IMG/VR virus record: IMGVR_UViG_3300032254_000001
Span: 280,484-344,483 of that record
Length of the DNA stretch: 64,000 bases
DNA from: a virus
Taxonomy: Duplodnaviria > Caudoviricetes
Reading direction: 5' to 3' (one strand)
Shown here in pieces: positions 30,392 through 40,575 of this stretch (the stretch's first letter is position 1; every line of letters starts with the position of its first letter). The notes under the pieces were generated by a model. That model did no database searches, was not told the DNA's origin, and worked only from the letters and a program-made list of their open reading frames with translations. The translations under genes were made by a program, and so were the position numbers.

Positions 30392-30414
30392 ATAACAAAA
30401 CAGGAAATTTAATC

Positions 30415-31329
30415 ATGGCTTATACAGCAGGCAATACCATCTTAGATGACGAATACAATAACTTCGCAGCATCAGTGAACTCTATCCTAAGCACCGGTTC
30501 TGGAGATTCAGGGTATGGGCAGGGTGCAGTTTCGACAGTAGCCGCAGGCACTGTAATTTCAGCAACACAGTGGGCATCATTGTTGAATAAGATTACAACA
30601 GCGGCTAACCACCAGGGTACATCAATCACAGCAATTACTAACCCAGTGTCGACTGATACAATCACAGCTGAAGCAGCACTAGCTGGCAACATTACAGCTA
30701 TTGATAATGCTAGATTTAATGCAGCAGCAAGTGGCACACCAATAACAGCTGGCGGCGTATCGTCAAGAACAGCTACATGGAACAACACAATTGATTCTGT
30801 GCAACGTGTTACTTTTGCGTCACTCGAAGCAATGCGTTTCTTTTTCAATGCAGGCGGTCGTATTACAGTAACGTATTCACGCACAGGCGGAACAGCATCA
30901 AACAAAAACACAGGTTGGTCAAACTTATGCACAGCATGTGGTACACTTAATATGACAGGCGCAGCGGCAGCAAAAACAATTGCAGCGGTTTCGTACACTG
31001 GCTTTTCAAAGAAAGGCGGCAGTGGCACACCGCAGACATTAGCAACGACTATTGGTGAAAATGCATTAACTACATCTAACCAGACAGTCTTCCGTCAATA
31101 TGATGCTACGGCACAATATACAGCTAACTACATCCAGTTTGGCGCCCGAGTTGGATCTGGTACTCCGGAACTTATACTCACATCTACTGCTGTGGATGAC
31201 GCAAATGCAAACACAGATGAAAATATCGACGGTACGTTTAGTAGTACTGTTACTATTATCCCACCAAGTACTACACAACTTACAAGTACATGGGGAACAC
31301 CAACGTTATCAACAACAAACGCATATTAA
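30415..31329 (+). CDS. Short fibre / virion structural protein
   Basis: MAY start, GSGDSGYGQ, FFNAGGRI; Thr/Ala/Gly rich; TAAATA at 30389-30394. Confidence 0.6.
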   Translation: MAYTAGNTILDDEYNNFAASVNSILSTGSGDSGYGQGAVSTVAAGTVISATQWASLLNKITTAANHQGTSITAITNPVSTDTITAEAALAGNITAIDNARFNAAASGTPITAGGVSSRTATWNNTIDSVQRVTFASLEAMRFFFNAGGRITVTYSRTGGTASNKNTGWSNLCTACGTLNMTGAAAAKTIAAVSYTGFSKKGGSGTPQTLATTIGENALTTSNQTVFRQYDATAQYTANYIQFGARVGSGTPELILTSTAVDDANANTDENIDGTFSSTVTIIPPSTTQLTSTWGTPTLSTTNAY

Positions 31330-31354
31330 TATTTAAATATTAATCGTTATTACA

Positions 31355-31380
31355 ATAAGGGGCTTCGGCCCTTTATTTTT
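31355..31380 (+). terminator. Rho-independent terminator closing the structural operon
   Basis: ATAAGGGGC-TTCG-GCCCTTTAT hairpin (C-UUCG-G loop) followed by T tract. Confidence 0.85.
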
Positions 31381-31395
31381 GGTTGTTCAAACTCG

Positions 31396-31424
31396 TTTAC
31401 ATATTACTTTTAATCTGTTATACT
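31396..31424 (+). promoter_or_regulatory. sigma70-type promoter heading the modification operon
   Basis: TTTACA(31396-31401)-17 nt-TATACT(31419-31424), extended TG; GAGG SD before 31441. Confidence 0.65.
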
Positions 31425-31440
31425 ACAACAGAGGTAATAT

Positions 31441-31758
31441 ATGCAAACTAATCAAATTGAAGCTGAAGTCGCGAATGTTAGAAAGAAATTCGATCACGAC
31501 TCTGCAAAACAAGTCCTAAAAGAAAAATACGAAGCCAAAATGCTATTTGCAGCTTTTGGAGGTATGTGGAAAGCCGGTCCGGAATTACTATCCCTTTTAA
31601 CTGCCGTAGGCACAACACCCGAAATAGTGCTAGTAGACGAATACGGAAATCCTTGTAAAGTTACATCGCTTGAGCTATACAACATGGTAGCTACACGCTG
31701 GCAAGAACAAATGAATGCCTGGTACGCAGAGTTTACAGAGATGCAATCAAAACGATGA
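31441..31758 (+). CDS. Hypothetical protein, first gene of the operon
   Basis: ORF with SD; ATGA overlap to 31755. Confidence 0.65.
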   Translation: MQTNQIEAEVANVRKKFDHDSAKQVLKEKYEAKMLFAAFGGMWKAGPELLSLLTAVGTTPEIVLVDEYGNPCKVTSLELYNMVATRWQEQMNAWYAEFTEMQSKR

Positions 31759-32570
31759 GTAGAGGCGTTTTAATATTTGCGTTTAACAATGCTAAACTTA
31801 ACTATTTTAAGCAAGCTGATTGGTTAGCTGATAGGGTAGAAAAGTTTTTAGGACTGCCTACTACTATAGTCACAGACGAAAAGAGTTCGGGTGATACTAG
31901 ACACGATGTGATATTCAAGCGAGCAATCAATATGGGTACGCGCAATCTTGATATATCTAGAGAAGACTTTACTGACGACTGGTTCAACGCTAATAGGTTC
32001 CAAGCGTACGACATATCACCGTACGATGAGACTATAGTAATAGACAGTGACTACATTGTAAACAGTGATCAACTTAACTTATTATTTGACTCTCCGCATG
32101 ATTTCCTGTGCCATAGACATGTTTACGATGTAGCTAATAAAGATAGTCTAGAAGCGTACAAAACATTTGGTGATACAAAGTTTCCGCATTATTGGGCAAC
32201 GGTATTATTTTTCCGTGAATCAGATATAGCAGAATCAATGTTTAACTTAATTGAAATGGTGAAACAGAACTACGTGTTCTACAGTAAATTATATAAGTTT
32301 CCATCATCGCCGTTCCGTAATGATCATGCGGTTAGTATAGCGTTATCAATTGCATACGGTCACAGGATTAATTCAATACCAACCATTCCGTGGAAGTTAC
32401 CTACAGCGGTAACTGATATTGATGTAAAGCAATTAAGCGAAACAGAGTTTGAATTACACTTTACTAAATGGTCTAGGAATAAGCAGAAAGAAATGAAATC
32501 AGTTATTAACGGTCACGATTTTCACTGCTTAAATAAAATAGCAATGGAGAAAATGATAGATGCAAAGTAA
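31755..32570 (+). CDS. Putative GT-A (GT8-like) glycosyltransferase
   Basis: RGVLIFAF...YDISPYDETIVIDSDY (DxD)...FRNDHAVSIA. Confidence 0.65.
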   Translation: MSRGVLIFAFNNAKLNYFKQADWLADRVEKFLGLPTTIVTDEKSSGDTRHDVIFKRAINMGTRNLDISREDFTDDWFNANRFQAYDISPYDETIVIDSDYIVNSDQLNLLFDSPHDFLCHRHVYDVANKDSLEAYKTFGDTKFPHYWATVLFFRESDIAESMFNLIEMVKQNYVFYSKLYKFPSSPFRNDHAVSIALSIAYGHRINSIPTIPWKLPTAVTDIDVKQLSETEFELHFTKWSRNKQKEMKSVINGHDFHCLNKIAMEKMIDAK

Positions 32571-33390
32571 AGAAGACCGCGGCTATTTGATTTGGGCCAT
32601 CGGTGATGACTATATTGATTGTGCCATTGCATGTGCAAGAAGTATTAAACTACATACACCAAGTGCTAAAATATGTTTATTAACAGATGAAGCAGGATCA
32701 CTTTCAGTCTACGGACACGATGGTAATCATTGGGTATTCGAACATATTGTAAAGTTTCCGTTTCCAGTTAACTACGATAATATATTAGCTAATGACTGGC
32801 AAGTGTTTTTCGCTACACCGTTTAAAGAAACAATAAAAATTGAAGCCGACATGATTGTGCCACATAGTATCGAACACTGGTGGACAATGTTAAGACATAA
32901 GGATGTTGTGTTAACAACAGGCGCTCGTAACTACATGAACGAAAAAACCGACGAGCGATTCTATAGACAAATATTTGACGAAAACAATTTACCTGATGTC
33001 TACAATGCAATTACATACTGGCACGAAAGTGATTTAGCTAATGATTTTGGATCGCTTGTGAAGTACCTGTTTAACAGATGGGATATTGCACAGGCTAGAC
33101 TTAAACTAGGACTAACTGATCCTGGCACCACAGATGTAGTGTATGCAGTAGCCGCAGTGATACTTGGGGTTGAGAACGTTACATTACCAAATACAAGTTA
33201 CCCTACGTTAATACACATGAAGGGTAGAATAAATTGGTTAGTTGGAGAAGATTGGACTAAAGAAATGGTATGGGAACTAGATGAGAGTAACATACGCATC
33301 AATACAATCGACCAGCAATATCCATTTCATTATTATACAAAGGAATTTAGTAAGGTACTAAATGAACATTATGACAATATTTTTGGGTGA
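32560..33390 (+). CDS. Putative GT-A (GT8-like) glycosyltransferase, paralogue of 31755
   Basis: RGYLIWA...YIDCAIACARSIK...TPFKETIKIEADM (ExD variant). Confidence 0.6.
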   Translation: MQSKEDRGYLIWAIGDDYIDCAIACARSIKLHTPSAKICLLTDEAGSLSVYGHDGNHWVFEHIVKFPFPVNYDNILANDWQVFFATPFKETIKIEADMIVPHSIEHWWTMLRHKDVVLTTGARNYMNEKTDERFYRQIFDENNLPDVYNAITYWHESDLANDFGSLVKYLFNRWDIAQARLKLGLTDPGTTDVVYAVAAVILGVENVTLPNTSYPTLIHMKGRINWLVGEDWTKEMVWELDESNIRINTIDQQYPFHYYTKEFSKVLNEHYDNIFG

Positions 33391-33716
33391 AGCAAATGAC
33401 TAATTTCTTTGAATCATTGGAATTACTTGAAGAACAACCTAAGCAAAAGATCGAGTTTAGGTTGTACTACGATCCAAAGACAAACGAACCGTTGTTTTAC
33501 ACAATGGAAGATGAGCCCGGGGATTATATTTCAATTACCCCGGAAGAGTTTTCAGAAATGCGACTTGACGTATTTGTTAAGGATGGCAAAATTGAAAAGA
33601 AACGTGCAATTTCAATAGGTAAACTGGTACCTTCTGATGAAGGTTACCGAACAACAAAAAACGATATATCAATTATCGGCAACGAACAGTACTGGGATTT
33701 AAAAACATATGAGTAA
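33387..33716 (+). CDS. Hypothetical protein
   Basis: GTG start overlapping upstream stop; EFRLYYD motif. Confidence 0.6.
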   Translation: MKQMTNFFESLELLEEQPKQKIEFRLYYDPKTNEPLFYTMEDEPGDYISITPEEFSEMRLDVFVKDGKIEKKRAISIGKLVPSDEGYRTTKNDISIIGNEQYWDLKTYE

Positions 33717-34635
33717 TCAAATAGACATAGCAGATTTAGATGTAATTTTTCTTAGTTACGATGAACCACAAAAAGAAGAGTTCTGGGTTAAGATTAAAAA
33801 CATGGTGCCGTGGGCCGTCAGGGTAGACGGTGTTAAAGGTAGCGATGCGGCACACAAAGCCGCAGCTGATGCAAGTGAAACAGATCGCTTTGTATTAATA
33901 GATGGCGACAACATGCCGGACTTAGACTTCTTTAATCTAACACTTGACCTTAAAGACAACGAGTACGAAAATGCAGTTTTCCGTTGGAGAGCACGTAACC
34001 ACATCAATGGATTAATGTACGGCAACGGTGGATTAAGTTGTTGGACAAAAGAGTTTGTGTACAATATGAAAACACACGAAGCAAGTGAGGGCAATGACGA
34101 CACGGATGTAGAGTTTTGTTTTGATCCAATGTATTGGGCTATGCATGACTGCTACAGTACAACATATCCAAATGGTAGCAAGTTCCATGCATGGCGCGCT
34201 GGGTTCAGAGAAGGTGTAAAGATGTGCTTAGACCGAGGCAAGAAGCCTACTATCGGAGAGTTCAAAGATAGTGTACACAAGCGCAACATGGATAATTTAA
34301 GTATCTGGCACAACATAGGCAGCGATGCAGAATTTGGATGCTGGGCAATACTTGGTGCGCGTATGGGTACGCAAATGACAATGTTAACTGACTGGGATTA
34401 TAAAGAAGTACAGAGCTTTGATAGCTTAGAAAAGATTTATAACACAATGGTACATGATGTTCCGTCGCAAGTGCAAAAAGTTGGACAAGAACTTAAAACT
34501 CAACTAGACTTGCCAATTATAACTCCTAACGCAGACCACAGCACATTCTTTAAACATCACTATCATGCTAGCTGGCACAACAAAGGTATAATGGTACGTG
34601 AGATAGATGTTATACGTAACCTAGAGGGCTGGTAG
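33709..34635 (+). CDS. Putative GT-A (GT2-like) glycosyltransferase
   Basis: DVIFLSYDEP...RVDGVKGSDAAHKAAA...FVLIDGDN (DxD)...YGNGG...AWRAGFREGVKM. Confidence 0.65.
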   Translation: MSNQIDIADLDVIFLSYDEPQKEEFWVKIKNMVPWAVRVDGVKGSDAAHKAAADASETDRFVLIDGDNMPDLDFFNLTLDLKDNEYENAVFRWRARNHINGLMYGNGGLSCWTKEFVYNMKTHEASEGNDDTDVEFCFDPMYWAMHDCYSTTYPNGSKFHAWRAGFREGVKMCLDRGKKPTIGEFKDSVHKRNMDNLSIWHNIGSDAEFGCWAILGARMGTQMTMLTDWDYKEVQSFDSLEKIYNTMVHDVPSQVQKVGQELKTQLDLPIITPNADHSTFFKHHYHASWHNKGIMVREIDVIRNLEGW

Positions 34636-35672
34636 TGCAAATAGACATAGAAGAATTTGTTTGCAACGATGAGCTTTCAGATGTTGGTCGCTTATCTGCG
34701 ATCATAATAGAAACTATGCGACACCACGGCACTATTACATTGCACACAGAAGAATTAATCTCCGGAGAAGAGATTGGCTTGTTTGATTTGCTAGATAGTC
34801 TGTGTAGTTACTACAACTGGGATCCAACACAAATACAACTATCGTATCAAAATTATAGAGAATTAGAAAACGAAACTCGCTATACAGTTAAAAGGATTGT
34901 CCATTCAGGTGAGCAGATATGGCCAGGTACACTCAACGATACTAAGAATGTACTTCAGTTACGTGATTGGAACAAAGAAGAAATGTTCGGTATGTTCACA
35001 GGCCGTATGAATTTTACAAGACTATATGCACACGATAAACTAAGAAAGTTCAGGTACAAAGACCAGTGCTTGTCAAGTATGAACCAAGCTCCTAGCGACT
35101 TTAGAGTTAATCAACGTGTGCTATTGCAGTACTTAAAAGAGTCTGGCACAAGCTGGGACGAAATAAAAGATATCGAACCGTATAGTGATATTAGCGAAGT
35201 GATAACTCCGCCGATAACATTAGCCCGTCAGCAGTTCATAGGTTGGGAAGATATATACGAAAAGATTGGAATTGAGATTGTATGCGAAACTGCTGAGTCA
35301 CAGAACATTGTAGCATTTACAGAAAAATTAATACGCCCAATGGCGTATAAGCGACCATTTTTATTAATTGGCAGTCCAGGACTAGCACACGAGTTAGCTG
35401 ATGAGAATTCGTTTATAATGCAGAAACTTAAAACATTGCCTATCCCTGTAGGACCAATACGTTTCTTTCAAAATGTAATACCGCTTAATTACGATAACCT
35501 AGCAGGGGCTGAGCGAGTTGATGCTGTATTTGAAATACTCGACGGTCTAATAGAATCAGGTATGATTGATACGATACTTGATGATTGCAAAGACGACATA
35601 GAGTGGAACCACAAGATTGCATACGATTGGTTAAAGAATGGTTACAACCCTGAGGGATTATTAAATGAGTAA
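34635..35672 (+). CDS. TEK-motif (GT10-like) putative glycosyltransferase
   Basis: IVCETAES...FTEKLIRPMAYKRPFLLIG. Confidence 0.45.
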   Translation: MQIDIEEFVCNDELSDVGRLSAIIIETMRHHGTITLHTEELISGEEIGLFDLLDSLCSYYNWDPTQIQLSYQNYRELENETRYTVKRIVHSGEQIWPGTLNDTKNVLQLRDWNKEEMFGMFTGRMNFTRLYAHDKLRKFRYKDQCLSSMNQAPSDFRVNQRVLLQYLKESGTSWDEIKDIEPYSDISEVITPPITLARQQFIGWEDIYEKIGIEIVCETAESQNIVAFTEKLIRPMAYKRPFLLIGSPGLAHELADENSFIMQKLKTLPIPVGPIRFFQNVIPLNYDNLAGAERVDAVFEILDGLIESGMIDTILDDCKDDIEWNHKIAYDWLKNGYNPEGLLNE

Positions 35673-37065
35673 AGGCGACGAAGTAGATAAAGATTTTAAA
35701 AGTAAGTTTCTCTCAGACGCAGAAATAATGAAGGAAAAACTAGATGAAGTTAGCCCTTCGATGTGTCTTGCTAAGTGGAAACAAGTGTCATTGCATTTAC
35801 CAACAGGGTTAAACAACTCATGTTACCATCCGCCATTGCATCAAATTAGTATAGAAGATATTAAAAACAATCCTTCTGGCTTACACAACACAGCACAGAA
35901 AGCCATTGCACGTCAGCAAATGATCGACGGTGTTAGACCAGACGAGTGTAGCTATTGCTGGGCAATGGAAGATAACGGAGAACTGAGTGATCGTCACTAT
36001 CGCAGTGGCGAACCGTGGGCCGCAAAGGACCTAAGTGCTATTGTTGCGAACCCAGACGCAAACGTCACTCCTTCATATGTTGAAGTGAACTTCAACCATG
36101 CGTGTAACTTAGCATGTTCGTATTGTTCCCCTCAGTTCTCCTCTTCATGGTTGCAGGAGGTTAAGAAGTACGGCGCATACCCTACAACACAACCTCATAA
36201 CGATCCTGCATATTTTACAGGCACTAGACGTCCTATTCCAAACAGAGAAGAGAATCCATACGTAGATGCATTTTGGGAATGGTGGCCTGAGCTGTATAAA
36301 GACTTACAACATTTTAGAATGACTGGCGGTGAACCGCTTATGGATAAGAATACGTACAGGGTATTTGACTATGTACTTGAGCATCCAAAAAGTGATTTGC
36401 ATTTAAACGTTACAAGTAACTTGTCTGTAGATCAAAAGCTTTGGGACAAGTACATGGGCTATGTTAAGCAATTAACAACAGGCAAGATAGAACACTTCAT
36501 GCAGTACGTATCGGTAGACACATGGGGCAGACAGGCTGAGTACATACGACACGGATTAGATTTTAATCTATTAATAGAACGTGTAGAACAGTTTTTAACA
36601 GAGATACCTAGCTATAGTAGTGTCACATTTATTATCACAATGAACAATCTGTCTATACATAATTTAAGACAGCTAATGATGTGTATATTGCATTTAAGAA
36701 GGAAGTACAGCAAAGACTTCCAGCGTGTATGGTTCGATACTCCTGTACTACGCACACCTGAATGGCAAAGTATGCAAGTACTTCCAGATCATTTTGTTAG
36801 CAAGTTAGAAGATGCAAAAGCTTACATGGAAGATAATATAGAAACAGAAGAGTCTCGCTTCCATGGCTTTAAGGATTACGAAATACAACGTATGAGCAGA
36901 GACATTGCGTGGATGAAGCAAGGTACAAACAACGTGGAGCAAAAGAAAGCAGACTTCTATCGCTTCTTTAGCGAAGCAGATAAACGCCATGACACTAACT
37001 TCTTAGAAGTATTCCCAGAGCTTAAAGCTTTTTGGGAGGAATGTCAGTACTATGCTAAACGATAA
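35665..37065 (+). CDS. N-terminal twitch radical SAM protein 1
   Basis: CLAKW..SCYHP..CSYCW ahead of CNLACSYC (CxxxCxxC); TGGEP. Confidence 0.9.
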   Translation: MSKGDEVDKDFKSKFLSDAEIMKEKLDEVSPSMCLAKWKQVSLHLPTGLNNSCYHPPLHQISIEDIKNNPSGLHNTAQKAIARQQMIDGVRPDECSYCWAMEDNGELSDRHYRSGEPWAAKDLSAIVANPDANVTPSYVEVNFNHACNLACSYCSPQFSSSWLQEVKKYGAYPTTQPHNDPAYFTGTRRPIPNREENPYVDAFWEWWPELYKDLQHFRMTGGEPLMDKNTYRVFDYVLEHPKSDLHLNVTSNLSVDQKLWDKYMGYVKQLTTGKIEHFMQYVSVDTWGRQAEYIRHGLDFNLLIERVEQFLTEIPSYSSVTFIITMNNLSIHNLRQLMMCILHLRRKYSKDFQRVWFDTPVLRTPEWQSMQVLPDHFVSKLEDAKAYMEDNIETEESRFHGFKDYEIQRMSRDIAWMKQGTNNVEQKKADFYRFFSEADKRHDTNFLEVFPELKAFWEECQYYAKR

Positions 37066-38191
37066 AAACAAACACGCATTCTGTCCAGCGCATTGGGATG
37101 ATATTCATTATGCTCCGTCACAAGGTTACTTGTACGGTTGCTGTAAAGCTACGCCTATTCCAATTGAAGACGTAAACGAATTAGATCAGCGTAAACAAAA
37201 TGCATTAGACGGTGTTAGGAACCCAAGCTGTAATTACTGCTGGAAGACAGAGGATGCAGGCAATGAAAGCCTACGTCATAACAAGCTAAGGGAGTGGGAC
37301 GGCACATCAAATTGTCGTAAATTAACGCTAGTACTTGGTAACCTTTGTAATCTACAATGCACTTACTGTAATGAAAAGTACAGTTCAAAGTGGCAAACAG
37401 ATAAGAAAAGATTCGGTGAAATTAAAATGCAGTACGACACTGACATTTATTATGCTGGCAAGACTTGTGTTAACAAAGAGTCGCAAGTGTACATAGACTT
37501 CTACAATAAAACAAAGCCAAAGTCTTTAACAGTGTCAGGCGGTGAGCCACTTATAGGCAACGTGTTTAAAGACATCTTAACAGAGTGCGACTTGTCACAG
37601 CTACAAGACATAAGTGTTTCTACTAACCTAAACTATACAAAGCGTGATACAATTGACAAGCTACTAGAGTTCAAAGATAGCCATAATATAACACTTAATG
37701 CCAGTTTGGACACTGTAGATAGCAATGTGCAAGAGTACTTACGTTTTGGTTTCAATATGGATAGATTTAAAAGTAATCTCTATGATCTATTAGATAACAC
37801 ACCAGTTCGGATAAATTTCATTACACTTGTTACGGCTCAATCGGTAAAAGGTATTTACAATCTGTGCAAATTCGTGTATCATTTAAAGACAGTATATCCT
37901 AATAGGGTTAACTGGTACGCATCAACCTGCGTTACACCAGCGACACATACATTCGATATACTAACCGAAACAGAAAGAGCACAAGCTTTGGATGAAGCAA
38001 GGAAAGTACAGCAAGAGATACAGGACCAGTTAGAGTTAATTAATATTAACAAAGTAATTGCAACATTAGAGAATGCAAAGTACAATGAAGAACTTCGCAA
38101 CGACCAATCAAATTTCTTTAAGCAGTTTAATGAAAGGCAAGACATACAAACACCGCAGGAACTAGGATTTTTAATAGATGCTAACAGATAA
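37052..38191 (+). CDS. N-terminal twitch radical SAM protein 2
   Basis: FCPAHW..GCCK..CNYCW; CNLQCTYC; SGGEP. Confidence 0.9.
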   Translation: MLNDKNKHAFCPAHWDDIHYAPSQGYLYGCCKATPIPIEDVNELDQRKQNALDGVRNPSCNYCWKTEDAGNESLRHNKLREWDGTSNCRKLTLVLGNLCNLQCTYCNEKYSSKWQTDKKRFGEIKMQYDTDIYYAGKTCVNKESQVYIDFYNKTKPKSLTVSGGEPLIGNVFKDILTECDLSQLQDISVSTNLNYTKRDTIDKLLEFKDSHNITLNASLDTVDSNVQEYLRFGFNMDRFKSNLYDLLDNTPVRINFITLVTAQSVKGIYNLCKFVYHLKTVYPNRVNWYASTCVTPATHTFDILTETERAQALDEARKVQQEIQDQLELININKVIATLENAKYNEELRNDQSNFFKQFNERQDIQTPQELGFLIDANR

Positions 38192-39290
38192 GAATAAGCA
38201 CACATTTTGTCCTGCTAAATGGCAGGAGGTTGTTTTTCATCCGTCACGGAATCTTGTTTTTGCTTGCTGTAAATCAGAAAACTATGATGGCGGAACACTT
38301 GACGAACAAAGAGATAATTTACTAAATGGCGTTAAGGATCCAAGCTGTAATTACTGCTGGGACGCAGAAGAAAAAGGCGGTCGTAGTTTAAGGCACGAGA
38401 AGCTTGAAAACTGGGACGGCACAATAGAATTAAAACTACTTGATATCTTTATAAACAACGTATGTAATCTACAATGTACATACTGTTCTCCGGCTGCAAG
38501 TAGTAAGTGGTCAACTGACATTGAAAAGAATGGTCAGTACCCTATGTATCCATTGTACAATACAGTCGCAGATAAAATTACTAACGAACAGCTGGTAGAA
38601 TATATTAACGATTATAGTCCAGCAAACAAGATTACACTAATTGGCGGCGAGTTACTTATTAACCCGCAAACAAACTTAATCCTTAATAATATTCCAGCTG
38701 GTATTCGTATTGAAGTCCCATCAAATATGTGCTATGACAAGTACGATGTATTAGACAAGCTGTCAGCACTAACAGAAACAAATGATGTTTGGGTTAAGCC
38801 GAGTATTGATACCATAAATAATAATGTTAAGCAGTACATACGACGCGGCTTCGACCCAGAGCTAGCGCAAACAAATATTCAATACATCTTAGAACATACT
38901 AACATAAATTTATGTTTCATGACATTAATATCACCGTACACTGTATGGGATCTAGTAGAAACGCAACGATACATTCAAGACTTAGAAGCACGTTACCCTA
39001 ATAGAGTTATATGGAAGCTTTCGTATTTGCACTCTCCAGAGAACCAGTCTTTTGTTATTCTAACTGATAAAGAAAGAGCTCAAGCAATTGAAGTAACTAA
39101 AGCAGCACAGTTAGAATCTACAGAGAAAAATAAAAAGCTCGTAGCAGTTGTATTAAATGCTTTAAGCTGTTCAGAATTTAATCCGGCACTACGCCAAGAA
39201 CAACAAACTTTCTTTAAGGAATTTAATAGAAGACACAATGTAATAACTCCTAATGAGTTACAATTTATAATAGAGGAAACACCATGTTAG
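38178..39290 (+). CDS. N-terminal twitch radical SAM protein 3
   Basis: FCPAKW..ACCK..CNYCW; CNLQCTYC; IGGEL. Confidence 0.9.
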   Translation: MLTDKNKHTFCPAKWQEVVFHPSRNLVFACCKSENYDGGTLDEQRDNLLNGVKDPSCNYCWDAEEKGGRSLRHEKLENWDGTIELKLLDIFINNVCNLQCTYCSPAASSKWSTDIEKNGQYPMYPLYNTVADKITNEQLVEYINDYSPANKITLIGGELLINPQTNLILNNIPAGIRIEVPSNMCYDKYDVLDKLSALTETNDVWVKPSIDTINNNVKQYIRRGFDPELAQTNIQYILEHTNINLCFMTLISPYTVWDLVETQRYIQDLEARYPNRVIWKLSYLHSPENQSFVILTDKERAQAIEVTKAAQLESTEKNKKLVAVVLNALSCSEFNPALRQEQQTFFKEFNRRHNVITPNELQFIIEETPC

Positions 39291-39553
39291 ACGATAGAGA
39301 AGATACACCAGGCGACTTAGTACACGACGGCAACGAAGCGCAATGGAGACAGAAGTTTTGTGATGAAACAGGCCATAGTATGGAATGCGTTGGCGAAACC
39401 GTAACTGGCATGGCCGAGATAGCCGCTGCCGCTGCTAATGCAGCAGATGCAGAATTGTACTTAGAGGATATCATTAACCAGATGGGCGTGGAACTGTTTG
39501 AAAAGCATCTACGTAACATCCTAGCCGCTAAGGATTGTGAGTGCAATAAGTGA
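39284..39553 (+). CDS. Small acidic Cys-containing hypothetical protein
   Basis: 89 aa, GAGG SD, overlaps both neighbours; EIAAAAANAA run; ends DCECNK. Confidence 0.6.
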   Translation: MLDDREDTPGDLVHDGNEAQWRQKFCDETGHSMECVGETVTGMAEIAAAAANAADAELYLEDIINQMGVELFEKHLRNILAAKDCECNK

Positions 39554-40575
39554 GTACAATCTTTATAGGCGACTTCCATCCTGAGTCTTGGCTCACAGGG
39601 AAGTACGAGCAAGATGCGATTGCCACTATATTCAAAAATATAAACAGCAAGTACGCTGGGCAAACGAATCTCCTTATTAACGGCACTTGGTTCGGCCCAC
39701 AGTTTACACACAACAGAGTATGGACAGACATTATCACGTTAACAGAGTCTGGCTTTAGAGTTGATAATGTGTTTTACTTAAACATTATTGATGCTGCGGT
39801 TATGGGACCACTAGACAGAGTACTGCCAGTACTTGGAGATCCTAATGTATTTTTAATGGGTAACTTCCCGGAAAGCGATCATTCGTTTTACGTGTTCTCT
39901 TACATGGTAGCAAATGAATTTAAACAGTACACAGATGATGAAGTACTGCCAGTAGACTTTAAGTACAAGTTTATAAACTACAACCGAAAACCTAAGCCTG
40001 CTAGAGTAAGCTTAGTTAATGCAATGTTTGACGCAAAGCTACACGAGCATGGTATCATTACACTAGGTGGCACTGAAACAAACGAGGCTTTAACTGTAGA
40101 GGAAGAAGTTGACCACTTAGATAACAGTGGCGAGAACGACGATTTAGAAATACCAAATGACATTATGTCCTTAGGTGATATAAAGCTTTGGAATAAGCAT
40201 TTCCTGAATGTAGTTTCGGAGACTGAAACTAACCAAGACTCAAATGTGTTTATATCCGAAAAGATATTTAAACCAATGATTGGCTTACGTCCGTTTATAG
40301 TACACGGCAACGTTAACACATATAAATGGTTACGTGATAACGGATTCAAAACGTTTAACCACTTGTTTCCAGCTGATCTCGAAGATCCTAAGACAATGGA
40401 AGATGCTGTTATTACTGCATTGCAATGGCTGTCTGAGCAAACTGACGAAGCTTTAGCTCAAATATATAAAGACATTTTGCCTGATTTAATGTATAATAAA
40501 CAACGGTTCTTTGAATTTGCCAAGGAACAAGAACAAAAAATGAAGGATACTGTATCCTGGAGAAACAATTTGTGA
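39550..40575 (+). CDS. TEK-motif (GT10-like) putative glycosyltransferase
   Basis: KFINYNRKPK...VVSETE...FISEKIFKPMIGLRPFIVHG...GFKTF. Confidence 0.5.
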   Translation: MSTIFIGDFHPESWLTGKYEQDAIATIFKNINSKYAGQTNLLINGTWFGPQFTHNRVWTDIITLTESGFRVDNVFYLNIIDAAVMGPLDRVLPVLGDPNVFLMGNFPESDHSFYVFSYMVANEFKQYTDDEVLPVDFKYKFINYNRKPKPARVSLVNAMFDAKLHEHGIITLGGTETNEALTVEEEVDHLDNSGENDDLEIPNDIMSLGDIKLWNKHFLNVVSETETNQDSNVFISEKIFKPMIGLRPFIVHGNVNTYKWLRDNGFKTFNHLFPADLEDPKTMEDAVITALQWLSEQTDEALAQIYKDILPDLMYNKQRFFEFAKEQEQKMKDTVSWRNNL

